A DNA stretch of 64,000 nt from Cytophagales bacterium (GTDB lineage: Bacteria > Bacteroidota > Bacteroidia > Cytophagales > CCMP332): the NCBI GenBank assembly GCA_040218795.1, contig JAVJQT010000011.1:33157-97156 (forward strand). The letters run 5' to 3'. The position numbers and the translations under genes were made by a program. A model generated the notes under the pieces. The model was not told the DNA's origin and did no database searches. It was given only the letters and a program-made list of their open reading frames with translations. Shown in pieces: positions 8,665-18,323 of this stretch. The first letter of the stretch is position 1. The number at the start of each line of letters is the position of its first letter.

Positions 8665-11162
8665 TTTAGTAAATACACGGGCAGGTTTTCATGCGAAGAC
8701 TCAATTGCTGAATTCAGATCTTCAATGACTACCGCTTCGAGATTTTTGCACACTGGATCATAAAGATTAAATCTGCCATCTGAGAATCGGTAAATCTTTC
8801 CATCCTGAGGATTGACGACTGTCAGAATCAGCCATTCGTTTATAAACCATTCATAGGTCGCTTTTGAACTTTGGATTGTTTTAAGAACCACTTCCGGCTC
8901 ATGTTCTATGACCATCATCAATCGAAGTGGATCATGTGCCTCTACCATTTGGATAGGCAATCCTGGCCTGAGGTCTCCTTCAAATCCGTTGGCCACAGCA
9001 ATCAGCCCCATCACATTATGTGGGAGTTTTGATCCTGCGCCCAACTTTTCGTTATCTACTCTTGAAAAGTAGTACTCTAAATTGATGCCTGCACAAACCG
9101 GTGCTGCTGCATTAATAATCGTTTGTAGATACTTTCCATCGGGGTCGAGCTTATAATTATAGCTGTTTAGAAAAGCCCTTCGGTCCAGAAAGAGGTGATC
9201 ATTGATATTATTTCTGCCGATGATGCACAGGCTGTTTGTCGCGTGATTCAATTCCGGTCTTGGTTCAAATAATGATACCGATCGATCTTTCACTTTTTTA
9301 TGAATGACTTCTGCAGCTTGTTTTGTGTCTATCGACATAAATCTTCTGGATCGTTCTTTGGCATTCATTCGAAGTGCTTTTTCAAAAACCTGTAGATTTT
9401 TCTTGTGGAGCTCTTGATTTTCATTGTTCAATAATTCTTCATCGAAAAAACTGAATTCATCTCTGGTCGTGTCATGCAATCCACCAATAAATTCAGTGCT
9501 GTCGGGAATCTCAATACCCCTTTTTTTCAAAAGCTCTCTAAGACCCCTATGATTCGCCATATAGCTATAAGCACGGGCATTTGCCGATCCGGGACGACCG
9601 GAACAAGCTCCACAATCGTAGCCCGCATAGTGTGTATTATTGGCACTGCTGGCGCCATGACCGATGATGTAGATGAGAGAGGCAAACAACTCGGTTTTCC
9701 CGGTGCTCCGGAGCACTGTTTCCACCCGATCGGCCATTTCATCAAGGGTATATCCGATTTGCAAACCGTCTTGCGTATGCATTTTGCTTCTGTTTTCAAT
9801 GGTCAATGTTGAATGACTATCCATATGAGAAAATGAATAAGAGGTAGCAGGACTCAGACTTGGTCTGAAAATATTGAACATCAACTTAATGGCTGACCAA
9901 AAACCCAATGTCTGACTGATTAGCCATCCTCTGAATAATCCATGTGAAGATTTGTTAAAATGGAGATCGGTTGAATTGTTGCGATCAGTAGAAACTTCTT
10001 TGATTAAGTGTTTGGGACTGATAGGAAGGGGACAGACCTTGGAATAAAATTTTCCATTTTTTGGCTGATAATAAGTATCTATGGCAAAATGGCCCGGTGT
10101 ACCATAGGTGGCACAGTCGGGGTCAAAGTGCTCTATATAGCGACGAATAGAACATTCGCGGTCATCGATGCAGAAGAAGGCCTCAAATGAAGGCCTCTCC
10201 GTTTTGGGCTCTAACTGTTCGCCTATTAAAATACCTGCAAGCACCTGATCGTAATAGGTCCATTCATAGGCTTCCTGCCAGATGACAATTAATTCATCGT
10301 ATTCATCCCAATTGGTTTCTCCTTGAATATCTACAATGTGTCTCTTCTCTGCGATTTCAGAAAGCGGTTTCCATTTATTGCCAAGTGTATGATCCAGGTT
10401 GTCAATTTCCAGCAGACATTCCAGCAGTATCATTTCCTTTAGGCTGATCTGGCGACCATCCAGAAGAGATCTTGGTTGAGCTTCTATGGTTGCGACCAAT
10501 CCGGACCAGCCCGGATGTGCGAATTGCTGGTCGAAAAGGTATTGCTCATAAAGCGCCTCATGGCCCACCAAAATTTTGAGCAGTTTCTCGATCGATGTGT
10601 GAGGGTCAAATAAAAGTTCTTTAGCGCCTTTAGTCTTAAGGAAAGAAACAATACTATTTCGCTCTATTTCAATAATAGAAGAGAGGAAGCTCTCTTTGTT
10701 AACCGGAAATTTTGTAATGGCTATTCCCTGATCCAGATAGCTATTTAGAATCCGGAACAGATTTGTGTGAACAATGGTATTGAGATCCAGTTTGAAATGC
10801 TCTTTCCAAAGGGTGCGCAAATGCCCGATTTTCCCCTCATTGGATTCATTGTATTCCATTTCGGTAAGCCGTTCCTTCCATGCATTCAGCTCGCCTTTTC
10901 CTTTCCTTTTGATAATAACATTTTCCAGGATTTCAGTATCGATTTTACCTTCCCGGTACAGTTTTCGATAGTCCTGCAGCGATAAAGACGTTTTATATCC
11001 AAAAATCTTTGAGGCCCTTCTGATGGCCTGTTCAAAAGGAAGATCCTGAAAGGCATGTAAAGTATTGTGATGTACAAAGTCCTTTAAGGAGGCTTGTGCA
11101 GGTAAATAATGTTTGAGTTTATTCAGGATCTGTTCTTCCCGAAAAATATCCGATGATGACAT
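8649..11162 (-). CDS. dabA: DabA (DUF2309 family), catalytic subunit of a DAB inorganic-carbon pump
   Basis: Soluble protein of 837 aa. It has a beta-CA-like CxDxR motif (FFCIDDRECSIRRY) and a later His...Cys pair (IIGHGASSANNTHYAGYDCGACSG). Coupled to the NuoL-like gene. Confidence 0.85.
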   Translation of the reverse strand: MSSSDIFREEQILNKLKHYLPAQASLKDFVHHNTLHAFQDLPFEQAIRRASKIFGYKTSLSLQDYRKLYREGKIDTEILENVIIKRKGKGELNAWKERLTEMEYNESNEGKIGHLRTLWKEHFKLDLNTIVHTNLFRILNSYLDQGIAITKFPVNKESFLSSIIEIERNSIVSFLKTKGAKELLFDPHTSIEKLLKILVGHEALYEQYLFDQQFAHPGWSGLVATIEAQPRSLLDGRQISLKEMILLECLLEIDNLDHTLGNKWKPLSEIAEKRHIVDIQGETNWDEYDELIVIWQEAYEWTYYDQVLAGILIGEQLEPKTERPSFEAFFCIDDRECSIRRYIEHFDPDCATYGTPGHFAIDTYYQPKNGKFYSKVCPLPISPKHLIKEVSTDRNNSTDLHFNKSSHGLFRGWLISQTLGFWSAIKLMFNIFRPSLSPATSYSFSHMDSHSTLTIENRSKMHTQDGLQIGYTLDEMADRVETVLRSTGKTELFASLIYIIGHGASSANNTHYAGYDCGACSGRPGSANARAYSYMANHRGLRELLKKRGIEIPDSTEFIGGLHDTTRDEFSFFDEELLNNENQELHKKNLQVFEKALRMNAKERSRRFMSIDTKQAAEVIHKKVKDRSVSLFEPRPELNHATNSLCIIGRNNINDHLFLDRRAFLNSYNYKLDPDGKYLQTIINAAAPVCAGINLEYYFSRVDNEKLGAGSKLPHNVMGLIAVANGFEGDLRPGLPIQMVEAHDPLRLMMVIEHEPEVVLKTIQSSKATYEWFINEWLILTVVNPQDGKIYRFSDGRFNLYDPVCKNLEAVVIEDLNSAIESSHENLPVYLLKCVKC

Positions 11163-11244
11163 AAAAAATTAGGAATAAAACTGTGTAAGCAATAATTGGA
11201 ATGATGGATATCCACCATTATTGAGCTTTGCTGATCAGTTTATT

Positions 11245-11556
11245 CTAGCTACAAAGCGATAAGCTACAATTGAGAATGTATTTGGGGGGAGATCCACTGG
11301 CTATATGCGTACGCAAATTATCCCAATGGATGATTGAAGTATTTGGATCATTTAATCGAATAATCCAGGCTGCATTTTGAATTCTTTTTATCTCTGAAAG
11401 GAGGTCTAAAAGTGCTTTTCCTTCTTTAAACTCTTCCAGAGAATCTTCTATTTCATACTTCTCCTTTTCGCCAATAAAACTATCGTTTGAGAGGCTGCTG
11501 TAGCCAACTGCTATGAGTAGGCCAAAAGAGAGGATATGAATAAATAAAGATTTCAT
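11245..11556 (-). CDS. small secreted hypothetical protein
   Basis: N-terminal signal peptide (MKSLFIHILSFGLLIAVGYS). Lies 82 bp upstream of dabA on the same strand. No recognisable family. Confidence 0.45.
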   Translation of the reverse strand: MKSLFIHILSFGLLIAVGYSSLSNDSFIGEKEKYEIEDSLEEFKEGKALLDLLSEIKRIQNAAWIIRLNDPNTSIIHWDNLRTHIASGSPPKYILNCSLSLCS

Positions 11557-11618
11557 TTAGTATTTGACTACCAAAGTAGATAAAAGTCACAATAAAAATA
11601 ATATTTCATAAGAAAATA

Positions 11619-11634
11619 TGTGATAAATGTTACA
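11619..11634. promoter_or_regulatory. candidate Crp/Fnr-type operator (TGTGA-N6-TTACA)
   Basis: TGTGATAAATGTTACA matches 9 of 10 positions of the TGTGA-N6-TCACA half-site consensus. It lies in the divergent region between the Crp/Fnr gene and the secreted-protein/dab genes. Confidence 0.3.
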
Positions 11635-11642
11635 TTTATAAA

Positions 11643-12359
11643 ATGGATTTTCGAAAGCCAATAAAAGAATTCACAAAAAAATTTGATTTTAAATCCGATT
11701 TCCTATTTGAAGGTCTTTCCAATACAGAGAAAAGTCATGTGCAGTCTTTATTCGAACATATTCGATTCAAGAGAGGGAGCAAGCTCTTTTATGAGGAGGG
11801 AATACCCACCGGTGTTTTCCTAATTGAAGAGGGTCTAATTAAAAAGTATAAAACGATAATCGGCGAACAAGAGCAGATTTTTTACATCTATACCAATGGT
11901 GAGCTATTGGGTTATCATGCGCTTCTTTCAAATGAGCGTTACCAGGATGCATGTGAAGCCATTGAGGATACCAAAGTCAGTTTTCTCAGCAAGGAAAATT
12001 TTGAAAACTTACTCGATGAAATACCGGTCTTGAAAGAAAACCTGCTGAGCAACCTGGCACATGAATTTGGTGTTTTGGCCAATACCATTGGCCTGTTGGC
12101 GCAAAAAACCCAAAGTGTACGTTTGGCGGTTTTTTTACTGATTATGGAAGAAAAATATCAAAAATATGACGGCATGAAAGGAGGCATCCGACTCAGTCGA
12201 TTTGATATGGCCAATCTGATAGGGGCCACAAGAGAAAGTCTGGGACGCTGTCTGAAAGAATTTAAAGACAGGGGGATAATTAATATAGAGTCAAAAGCCA
12301 TACGCATTACTGATTATAAAGATCTTTTTGAAAGAATAAATAATGAGGAGAGTAAATAA
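11643..12359 (+). CDS. Crp/Fnr-family transcriptional regulator
   Basis: N-terminal cNMP-binding beta-roll (FYEEGIPTGVFLIEEGLIKKY) and a C-terminal HTH (RFDMANLIGATRESLGRCLKEF). Confidence 0.85.
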   Translation: MDFRKPIKEFTKKFDFKSDFLFEGLSNTEKSHVQSLFEHIRFKRGSKLFYEEGIPTGVFLIEEGLIKKYKTIIGEQEQIFYIYTNGELLGYHALLSNERYQDACEAIEDTKVSFLSKENFENLLDEIPVLKENLLSNLAHEFGVLANTIGLLAQKTQSVRLAVFLLIMEEKYQKYDGMKGGIRLSRFDMANLIGATRESLGRCLKEFKDRGIINIESKAIRITDYKDLFERINNEESK

Positions 12360-12811
12360 TAAGTAATCTAAATTTTTGTCAGGGGATTCATTAATGAAAA
12401 ACTCCTGATAACCACAGATCTTAAAAAGCGTTATCAATTTGATGGGCAGGGCAGGGGATTGGAGTTTTTGGAGCAAGAACTTTATCTGATAGCTACCACT
12501 TTAATAGCTGATGGAATTACAATTGTTTAGTAGAAATTGTAATTCATAAAATAAGTCCAATGAAATAAATTGAATGCGCTTTTATTGTCATTTCTGAGTG
12601 GTTCAGGCGTAGCAAGACCATAAGTCGCAGAACTTGGGGAGCTAAATAGTTTTGGGAAGGCCTTCTAAAGTCAATTAAAACATACTCAACACTTATTGGC
12701 AGAGACGAGCAATTTTCAAATTTTTAAGTGGGGCAAAGGATAGGAAAGGGTGAATGCGTGCGATTGTCACAATAATACAAACTTAATTATCAGTTGGTAA
12801 TTGCTAAGTAT

Positions 12812-13840
12812 TTAAGTGCTTCCTCTTTTGATCAGGTGGGTGTCTAGTATGATTTGTTTAGAAACAAACACGTGATCAGGATCCTTTTTTCTAAGTTCAA
12901 TATCTTCAATAAGTAAATTTGCTGAGGTTTCTCCAATTTCATATCCGGGTTGATGAATGGTAGTAAGGGGAGGATTTGAAACCTGTGCAATTTGGGAATC
13001 ACTGAAACCTACAATTTTAATGTCATCAGGTACTTTCAAACCGGCATCTTTAATGGCATTCAAAGCTCCGACACCTACCTGATCTGAAACTGCAAAAATA
13101 CCATCAGGTGGAATAGAGAGCTTTAGTAATTCCTTACATAATTGATAGCCTTCATCGTAATTGACTTCCATACACTCTTTAACTAAGGAGGGATCAAAGC
13201 CTATATTGGCTTCTACTAATGCTTTTTTATAACCTTCAAATCTGCCCACAGAATTTAAGGGATTTTTTGGTCCCCTTATATGTGCTATTCTCTTACAGCC
13301 ACACATAATTAAATGTTTACAAGCAACATATCCACCTTTGACATCATCAATAATTACTTTGTTTGTGTCAAAATCTTCGTTCACTTTGTCAAACATAACT
13401 ACCGGGATATCGTATTCTTTGAGGATGTCGAAATGTGTCATGGACTTTGTTTCATTGGCAAGCGAGATCATGACTCCATCTACTTTGGTGCTGAACAGTA
13501 GATTGATCTGCTTCTTCTCCATTTCCATACTGTTATTAGAAAGTGCTATCAAAACTCTGTAACCTTTTAACTCAGCCTGGTTCATTATTCCATTGATAAC
13601 ATTGGAAAAAAAATAATGCACGATTTCAGGAATGATTAAACCAATTGTTTTTGATCCTTTAACTCGAAGAGCAACTGCTTGTGAGTCGGGCTGGTATTGT
13701 AATTCATCAGCCAATTGCCTGACCTTTATTTTTGTTGCTTTACTGATGTCAGGATAATCCTTGAGTGCCTTTGAAACTGTGGTTACGGTAATCCCCAGTT
13801 TTTGAGCAATATCCTTCATTGTAATTCTATGTCTTGTCAT
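12812..13840 (-). CDS. LacI-family transcriptional repressor
   Basis: N-terminal HTH (TMKDIAQKLGITVTTVSKALKD) and a periplasmic-binding-protein-like sugar-binding core. Confidence 0.9.
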   Translation of the reverse strand: MTRHRITMKDIAQKLGITVTTVSKALKDYPDISKATKIKVRQLADELQYQPDSQAVALRVKGSKTIGLIIPEIVHYFFSNVINGIMNQAELKGYRVLIALSNNSMEMEKKQINLLFSTKVDGVMISLANETKSMTHFDILKEYDIPVVMFDKVNEDFDTNKVIIDDVKGGYVACKHLIMCGCKRIAHIRGPKNPLNSVGRFEGYKKALVEANIGFDPSLVKECMEVNYDEGYQLCKELLKLSIPPDGIFAVSDQVGVGALNAIKDAGLKVPDDIKIVGFSDSQIAQVSNPPLTTIHQPGYEIGETSANLLIEDIELRKKDPDHVFVSKQIILDTHLIKRGST

Positions 13841-13918
13841 AGAGCGTCTTGTCTCGGTTCATCTAAAAATGGGAGAATTATTATTTAGAATGAATCTAAA
13901 TTTAAAAATTTTTGATAT

Positions 13919-13946
13919 ACGAAATCGATAACGTTAAGGATTTCGT
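13919..13946. promoter_or_regulatory. candidate LacI-family operator (28-bp near-perfect palindrome)
   Basis: ACGAAATCGATAACGTTAAGGATTTCGT has 24 of 28 positions self-complementary, with a central TAACGTTA and a CG core. It sits between the divergent LacI and TonB-receptor genes. Confidence 0.5.
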
Positions 13947-14095
13947 AAAAAAACGATCTCGTATCGCTTTGATTATTAAAATATTACAGAATAAATTGGC
14001 TTTCGATAAAAAACAACTTTTCACACGATTTACGACGCAATTCCTATAATTTTTTTGTCAGAAATCTTATTGAAAAGGAATTAAAAATTCTAAAA

Positions 14096-16774
14096 ATGAA
14101 AAGACCATTACTAAACAAAACGATTTCAAAGGCACTCAAATTGAGTAGCACTTTATTATTGATTTTAGGGCTTGCCGGAAGTGGCTTTGCTCAATCAAAG
14201 ATTAAGGGTACTGTAAGTGATGAAAATGGAGAACCATTTCCGGGCGTTACAGTTGTAATAGAAGGCACTACTCAAGGTGGTGTTTCGAGCATTGATGGAA
14301 ATTATGAGATTAATACCGACCTAATGGGTGAATACAATCTTGTGTTGTCCTTTATAGGATATAAAAGGATTGTAGAACCAATTCAACTTAGTTCGGGGGA
14401 AGTTACAAAGGATTTTCAAATGCAACTAGATATGATTGGATTAGATGAGGTGATCATAACAGGTGTTGTAAATCCTAAATCCAAATTAGAATCCAGTGTA
14501 TCAATTACCACTTTGGATTCAAGGGCAATAGCACAGTCTGCACCAAGAACAACTGCAGAAATTTTCAGGACAATTCCTGGTATCAAGTCTGAAGCTTCTG
14601 CCGGAGATGGAAACACCAATATTACAGTGAGAGGAGTTCCTATATCCGCCGGTGGGTCGAGATATCTGCAACTGCAGGAAGATGGTCTACCAGTATTGCT
14701 TTATGGTGATATTGCCTTTAGTACACAAGATCAATACATCCGTGCAGATCAGACAATTGAAAGAATTGAAGCGATAAGAGGTGGGTCAGCTGCTGTAACT
14801 ACAAGTAACGGACCAGCTGGTATTATAAATTTCATATCCAAAACAGGAAATGTTGAGGGTGGAAGTGTTGGAACTTCTTTTGGCTTAAATTACAATTCAT
14901 TCCGAACAGATTTTGAGTACGGTTCACCAATTGGAAATAATACTTCATTTCACATTGGAGGTTTCCTGAGACAAGGTGAAGGTCCAAGAAATGCCAATCA
15001 CACAGTCAATCATGGAGGACAAATCAAAGCAAACCTCACCAAAAATTTCAAGAATGGTTTAGCAAGAGTATATTATAAAATGCTTAACGATAATACAGCA
15101 GCATATATGCCGATGCCAATTGAAGTTTCAGGCACAAATGCAAGTCCAACATGGAAGTCTATTGATGGCTTTGATGCAGCATCAAATGGACTTCAATCTC
15201 CATTTTTCCAGCAAAATTTTGGATTAGGTCCTGATGGAAATGCTAGAAACGTATCTATTACGGATGGCATTCATTCAAATTCTCAAACCGTGGGTTCTTA
15301 TTTGGAATTTGATCTATCTGACAGCTGGACTATTTCAAATAATTCAAGAATTGCCTTTAATAAAGGAAGGTTTGTTGCTCCTTTTACTGCCGAAGTAGGT
15401 GTGGGAACAAACATCGTTCAACCCATTCTTGTTGCCAATGGAGATACCAATGCGACCGGAGGAGCATTGCCTTTTTCTTTGAATACGGTCTCCAGCGGGA
15501 ATACGGTAAACCCAAATGATATCTTGCAAAGAATCCATCTTTTTGACGTTGAATTGGAAAACTTCAACAATTTCATGAGCAATACACAGCTAACTAAGAG
15601 ATTTAATAATCTGGCTGTGACTGCAGGGTTTTTTAAAGCTTATCAAAATATTGAAATGTCGTGGTTGTGGAATACATACCTGATGCAGGTAAAAGAAGAT
15701 GCTGAACTTGTTAATATCAACTCAAATGGAGCGGATATTACTGATGATGGTTTAGTAAACTATGGTGTGCCTTTATGGGGAAACTGTTGTACAGGAAAAT
15801 ACAATACCAATTATGATGTAACGGCCCCGTATTTAAATGCTGCATTTGAAATTTCAGAGAATTTGAATGTTGATGCGGGTGTAAGATACGACTTTGTAGA
15901 AGTTGGAGGATTAGTGACACCTAGTCAGCAATTAACAAATTTTGATGTAAATGGAAACGGTACCATCGAAGCTCCGGAAAAAAGTGTTTCACAAGTTGAT
16001 AACGCCAATTCTAAAGTTGTAAACTATAACTATGATTATGTAAGTTATTCAGCAGGTGCGAACTATAAACTATCAAATAATACTGCCGTTTTTGCCAGAA
16101 TGAGTCAGGGATATGTTGGTAATGGCGAGAGAGCCACATGGCATCAGGGCGGCCCATATTTAGAAAATAAAGCACCAAAAAATTCTCTTTTTCAAGCTGA
16201 AGCCGGATATAAGAAAAGATTCGAAAAAGGTGGATTATTTGTAACGGGTTTCTACGCAGATACAAGGGAAGAAGCAGGAGTAGAAGCTACTACGCAGAAT
16301 GTGTTAAGCAATGATTATCGGTCTTTTGGTTTGGAAATTGAGAGTAATTTCAGATTTAAGGCATTTGATATTAGAACTGCCCTTACATACGTAGATGCTG
16401 AAATCGTAGATAATGATGGAGATGTGAATATTGGGAATACACCAAGAAGACAGCCTGCATTCCAATTCAATTTAATTCCGTCTTACAACCATTCTAAAGG
16501 TCATTCGATTGGTTTGAGTTTGATAGGTCAAACCGAATCCTACGCTCAGGATAACAACGAACTTATTATGCCGGGATATCTTATTATAAATGGTTATATC
16601 TCTGCTAAACTATCGGAAGGTCTTACTTTTTCGGTAAATGCTAATAACTTGGCAAATGCCATTGGTATCACAGAATCTGAAGAAGGCTCTATAACAGAGA
16701 ACACAACAAATTATATCAGAGCCAGATCAATTGCAGGAAGATCGCTTGTGGCTAGCTTGAATTTGAGATTCTAA
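14096..16774 (+). CDS. TonB-dependent outer-membrane receptor with an N-terminal carboxypeptidase-regulatory-like domain
   Basis: Signal peptide, CarbopepD_reg-like GTVSDENGEPFPGVTVVIEG, a plug region, and a C-terminal ...ASLNLRF ending in an aromatic residue. Confidence 0.9.
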   Translation: MKRPLLNKTISKALKLSSTLLLILGLAGSGFAQSKIKGTVSDENGEPFPGVTVVIEGTTQGGVSSIDGNYEINTDLMGEYNLVLSFIGYKRIVEPIQLSSGEVTKDFQMQLDMIGLDEVIITGVVNPKSKLESSVSITTLDSRAIAQSAPRTTAEIFRTIPGIKSEASAGDGNTNITVRGVPISAGGSRYLQLQEDGLPVLLYGDIAFSTQDQYIRADQTIERIEAIRGGSAAVTTSNGPAGIINFISKTGNVEGGSVGTSFGLNYNSFRTDFEYGSPIGNNTSFHIGGFLRQGEGPRNANHTVNHGGQIKANLTKNFKNGLARVYYKMLNDNTAAYMPMPIEVSGTNASPTWKSIDGFDAASNGLQSPFFQQNFGLGPDGNARNVSITDGIHSNSQTVGSYLEFDLSDSWTISNNSRIAFNKGRFVAPFTAEVGVGTNIVQPILVANGDTNATGGALPFSLNTVSSGNTVNPNDILQRIHLFDVELENFNNFMSNTQLTKRFNNLAVTAGFFKAYQNIEMSWLWNTYLMQVKEDAELVNINSNGADITDDGLVNYGVPLWGNCCTGKYNTNYDVTAPYLNAAFEISENLNVDAGVRYDFVEVGGLVTPSQQLTNFDVNGNGTIEAPEKSVSQVDNANSKVVNYNYDYVSYSAGANYKLSNNTAVFARMSQGYVGNGERATWHQGGPYLENKAPKNSLFQAEAGYKKRFEKGGLFVTGFYADTREEAGVEATTQNVLSNDYRSFGLEIESNFRFKAFDIRTALTYVDAEIVDNDGDVNIGNTPRRQPAFQFNLIPSYNHSKGHSIGLSLIGQTESYAQDNNELIMPGYLIINGYISAKLSEGLTFSVNANNLANAIGITESEEGSITENTTNYIRARSIAGRSLVASLNLRF

Positions 16775-16787
16775 TATTTTTAAAAAC

Positions 16788-16815
16788 AAAGGGTGGCTCC
16801 AGGTCACCCTTTATC
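16788..16815 (+). terminator. hairpin / possible attenuating terminator between the receptor and phosphorylase genes
   Basis: AAAGGGTG-(9 nt)-CACCCTTT followed by a T-rich tract. It sits only a few bp before the next start codon. Confidence 0.4.
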
Positions 16816-16820
16816 TTATC

Positions 16821-18323
16821 ATGGATAACAAAGTTCAACTTGTCACTTATGTTGATAGATTCGGAAGAGGAAATCTGAAAGATTTTAAGGATTTTTTAGA
16901 AAAAGAAATACCTGATTTATTTGCAGGATTACATCTTCTTCCATTTTTCTTTCCTTATGACGGTGCTGATGCCGGTTATGATCCCAATGATAACAGAATA
17001 CTCGATCCGAGAATAGGAAAGTGGGAAAATGTAAAATCACTTTCATCTGAATATTCTATAGTATTGGATTTAATCATTAATCACATTTCTGAAAAATCCA
17101 CTGAATTTCGGGATGTCTTATCCCATGGGAGTAAATCCAAATATTTCGACCTTTTCCTAACTAAAGAAAAAGTTTTTGGTGGAATGCCAAAGGAGTCGGA
17201 AATAGATAAAATATACAGACCAAGACCAAATCGACCTTTTTCGCTTAGAAAAATCGAAAATGGCGAAAACATTGAATTTTGGACAACATTTAGCCATAAG
17301 CAGATTGATATAGATGTCAACTCAATTCTTGGAAAACAATACATTGATTCGATTTTAAAAATATTTTCGGATAATGAGATTAAAATTATTCGTCTTGACG
17401 CAGTGGGCTATGCAATTAAGAAACCGGGTACCTCCTGTTTTATGATTCCAGAGACTTATGCTTTTATCGATAAAGTGGTAAGTCATGCTCATAGCTATGG
17501 TATTGAAGTTTTAGTTGAAATTCACTCACATTATCAAACGCAAATTGAAATTGCAAAACATAGCGACTATGTCTATGATTTTGCACTACCACCTCTTGTA
17601 CTTCACAGTTTGTTTTCCAAAAACTTTGAACGTTTGAAATATTGGTATTCGATCAGTCCTAAAAACTGTATTACCGTACTCGATACACACGATGGAATTG
17701 GTGTAATGGATGTCGCTTCAACTGAAAATTCAGAAGGCCTGATCACGGACAATGAACTCGACAAGCTGGTTAATACCATTCACAGTAATTCAAATGGAGA
17801 AAGCCAGAAAGCAACCGGGAGTGCTGCGTCAAATCTCGATTTATATCAGGTGAACTGTACATTTTATAGTGCTTTATCTTGCAGTGACGCCGAATATATC
17901 ATAGCAAGAGCCATCCAATTCTTTAGTCCAGGTATTCCTCAAGTGTATTATGCTGGTTTTTTGGCTGAAGCCAATGATATGGAATTGCTTAAAAGCACAA
18001 GCGTGGGAAGAGACATCAACAGGCCTTATCTGGATTGGTCAGAGATTAAAGACAAGCTTGAAAAACCGGTAGTTAAAGTTTTAATTGACTTAATAAAATT
18101 TAGGAATACAAATGCTTCTTTCAAGGGAGAATTTAATCTTATAGAGTCAAATAAGGAGGTATTGCACATTGTCTGGACAAATGATAAAGTCAAATCAGAA
18201 TTGATAATTGACTTGTTAAAAACAAGTTGTCAGATAAAACTTACGGAGGATAATAAAAGTCAATGGATTGATCTAATGCACTTGCTTAACGATTACAATA
18301 ATGTTCAAAAAACCAAAGCTTAA
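16821..18323 (+). CDS. GH13 sucrose phosphorylase
   Basis: GH13 catalytic signatures IIRLDAVGYA, LVEIHS and LDTHDGIG. Size and motif pattern are typical of sucrose phosphorylases. Confidence 0.85.
   Translation: MDNKVQLVTYVDRFGRGNLKDFKDFLEKEIPDLFAGLHLLPFFFPYDGADAGYDPNDNRILDPRIGKWENVKSLSSEYSIVLDLIINHISEKSTEFRDVLSHGSKSKYFDLFLTKEKVFGGMPKESEIDKIYRPRPNRPFSLRKIENGENIEFWTTFSHKQIDIDVNSILGKQYIDSILKIFSDNEIKIIRLDAVGYAIKKPGTSCFMIPETYAFIDKVVSHAHSYGIEVLVEIHSHYQTQIEIAKHSDYVYDFALPPLVLHSLFSKNFERLKYWYSISPKNCITVLDTHDGIGVMDVASTENSEGLITDNELDKLVNTIHSNSNGESQKATGSAASNLDLYQVNCTFYSALSCSDAEYIIARAIQFFSPGIPQVYYAGFLAEANDMELLKSTSVGRDINRPYLDWSEIKDKLEKPVVKVLIDLIKFRNTNASFKGEFNLIESNKEVLHIVWTNDKVKSELIIDLLKTSCQIKLTEDNKSQWIDLMHLLNDYNNVQKTKA

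Noticed and set aside
12514-12545. Perfect 11-bp inverted repeat GAATTACAATT-(10 nt)-AATTGTAATTC in the 450-bp gap after the Crp/Fnr gene
   Set aside because: It is an AT-only stem with no following T-run and no adjacent gene start. It may be a weak terminator or a chance palindrome, and I could not tie it to any function.
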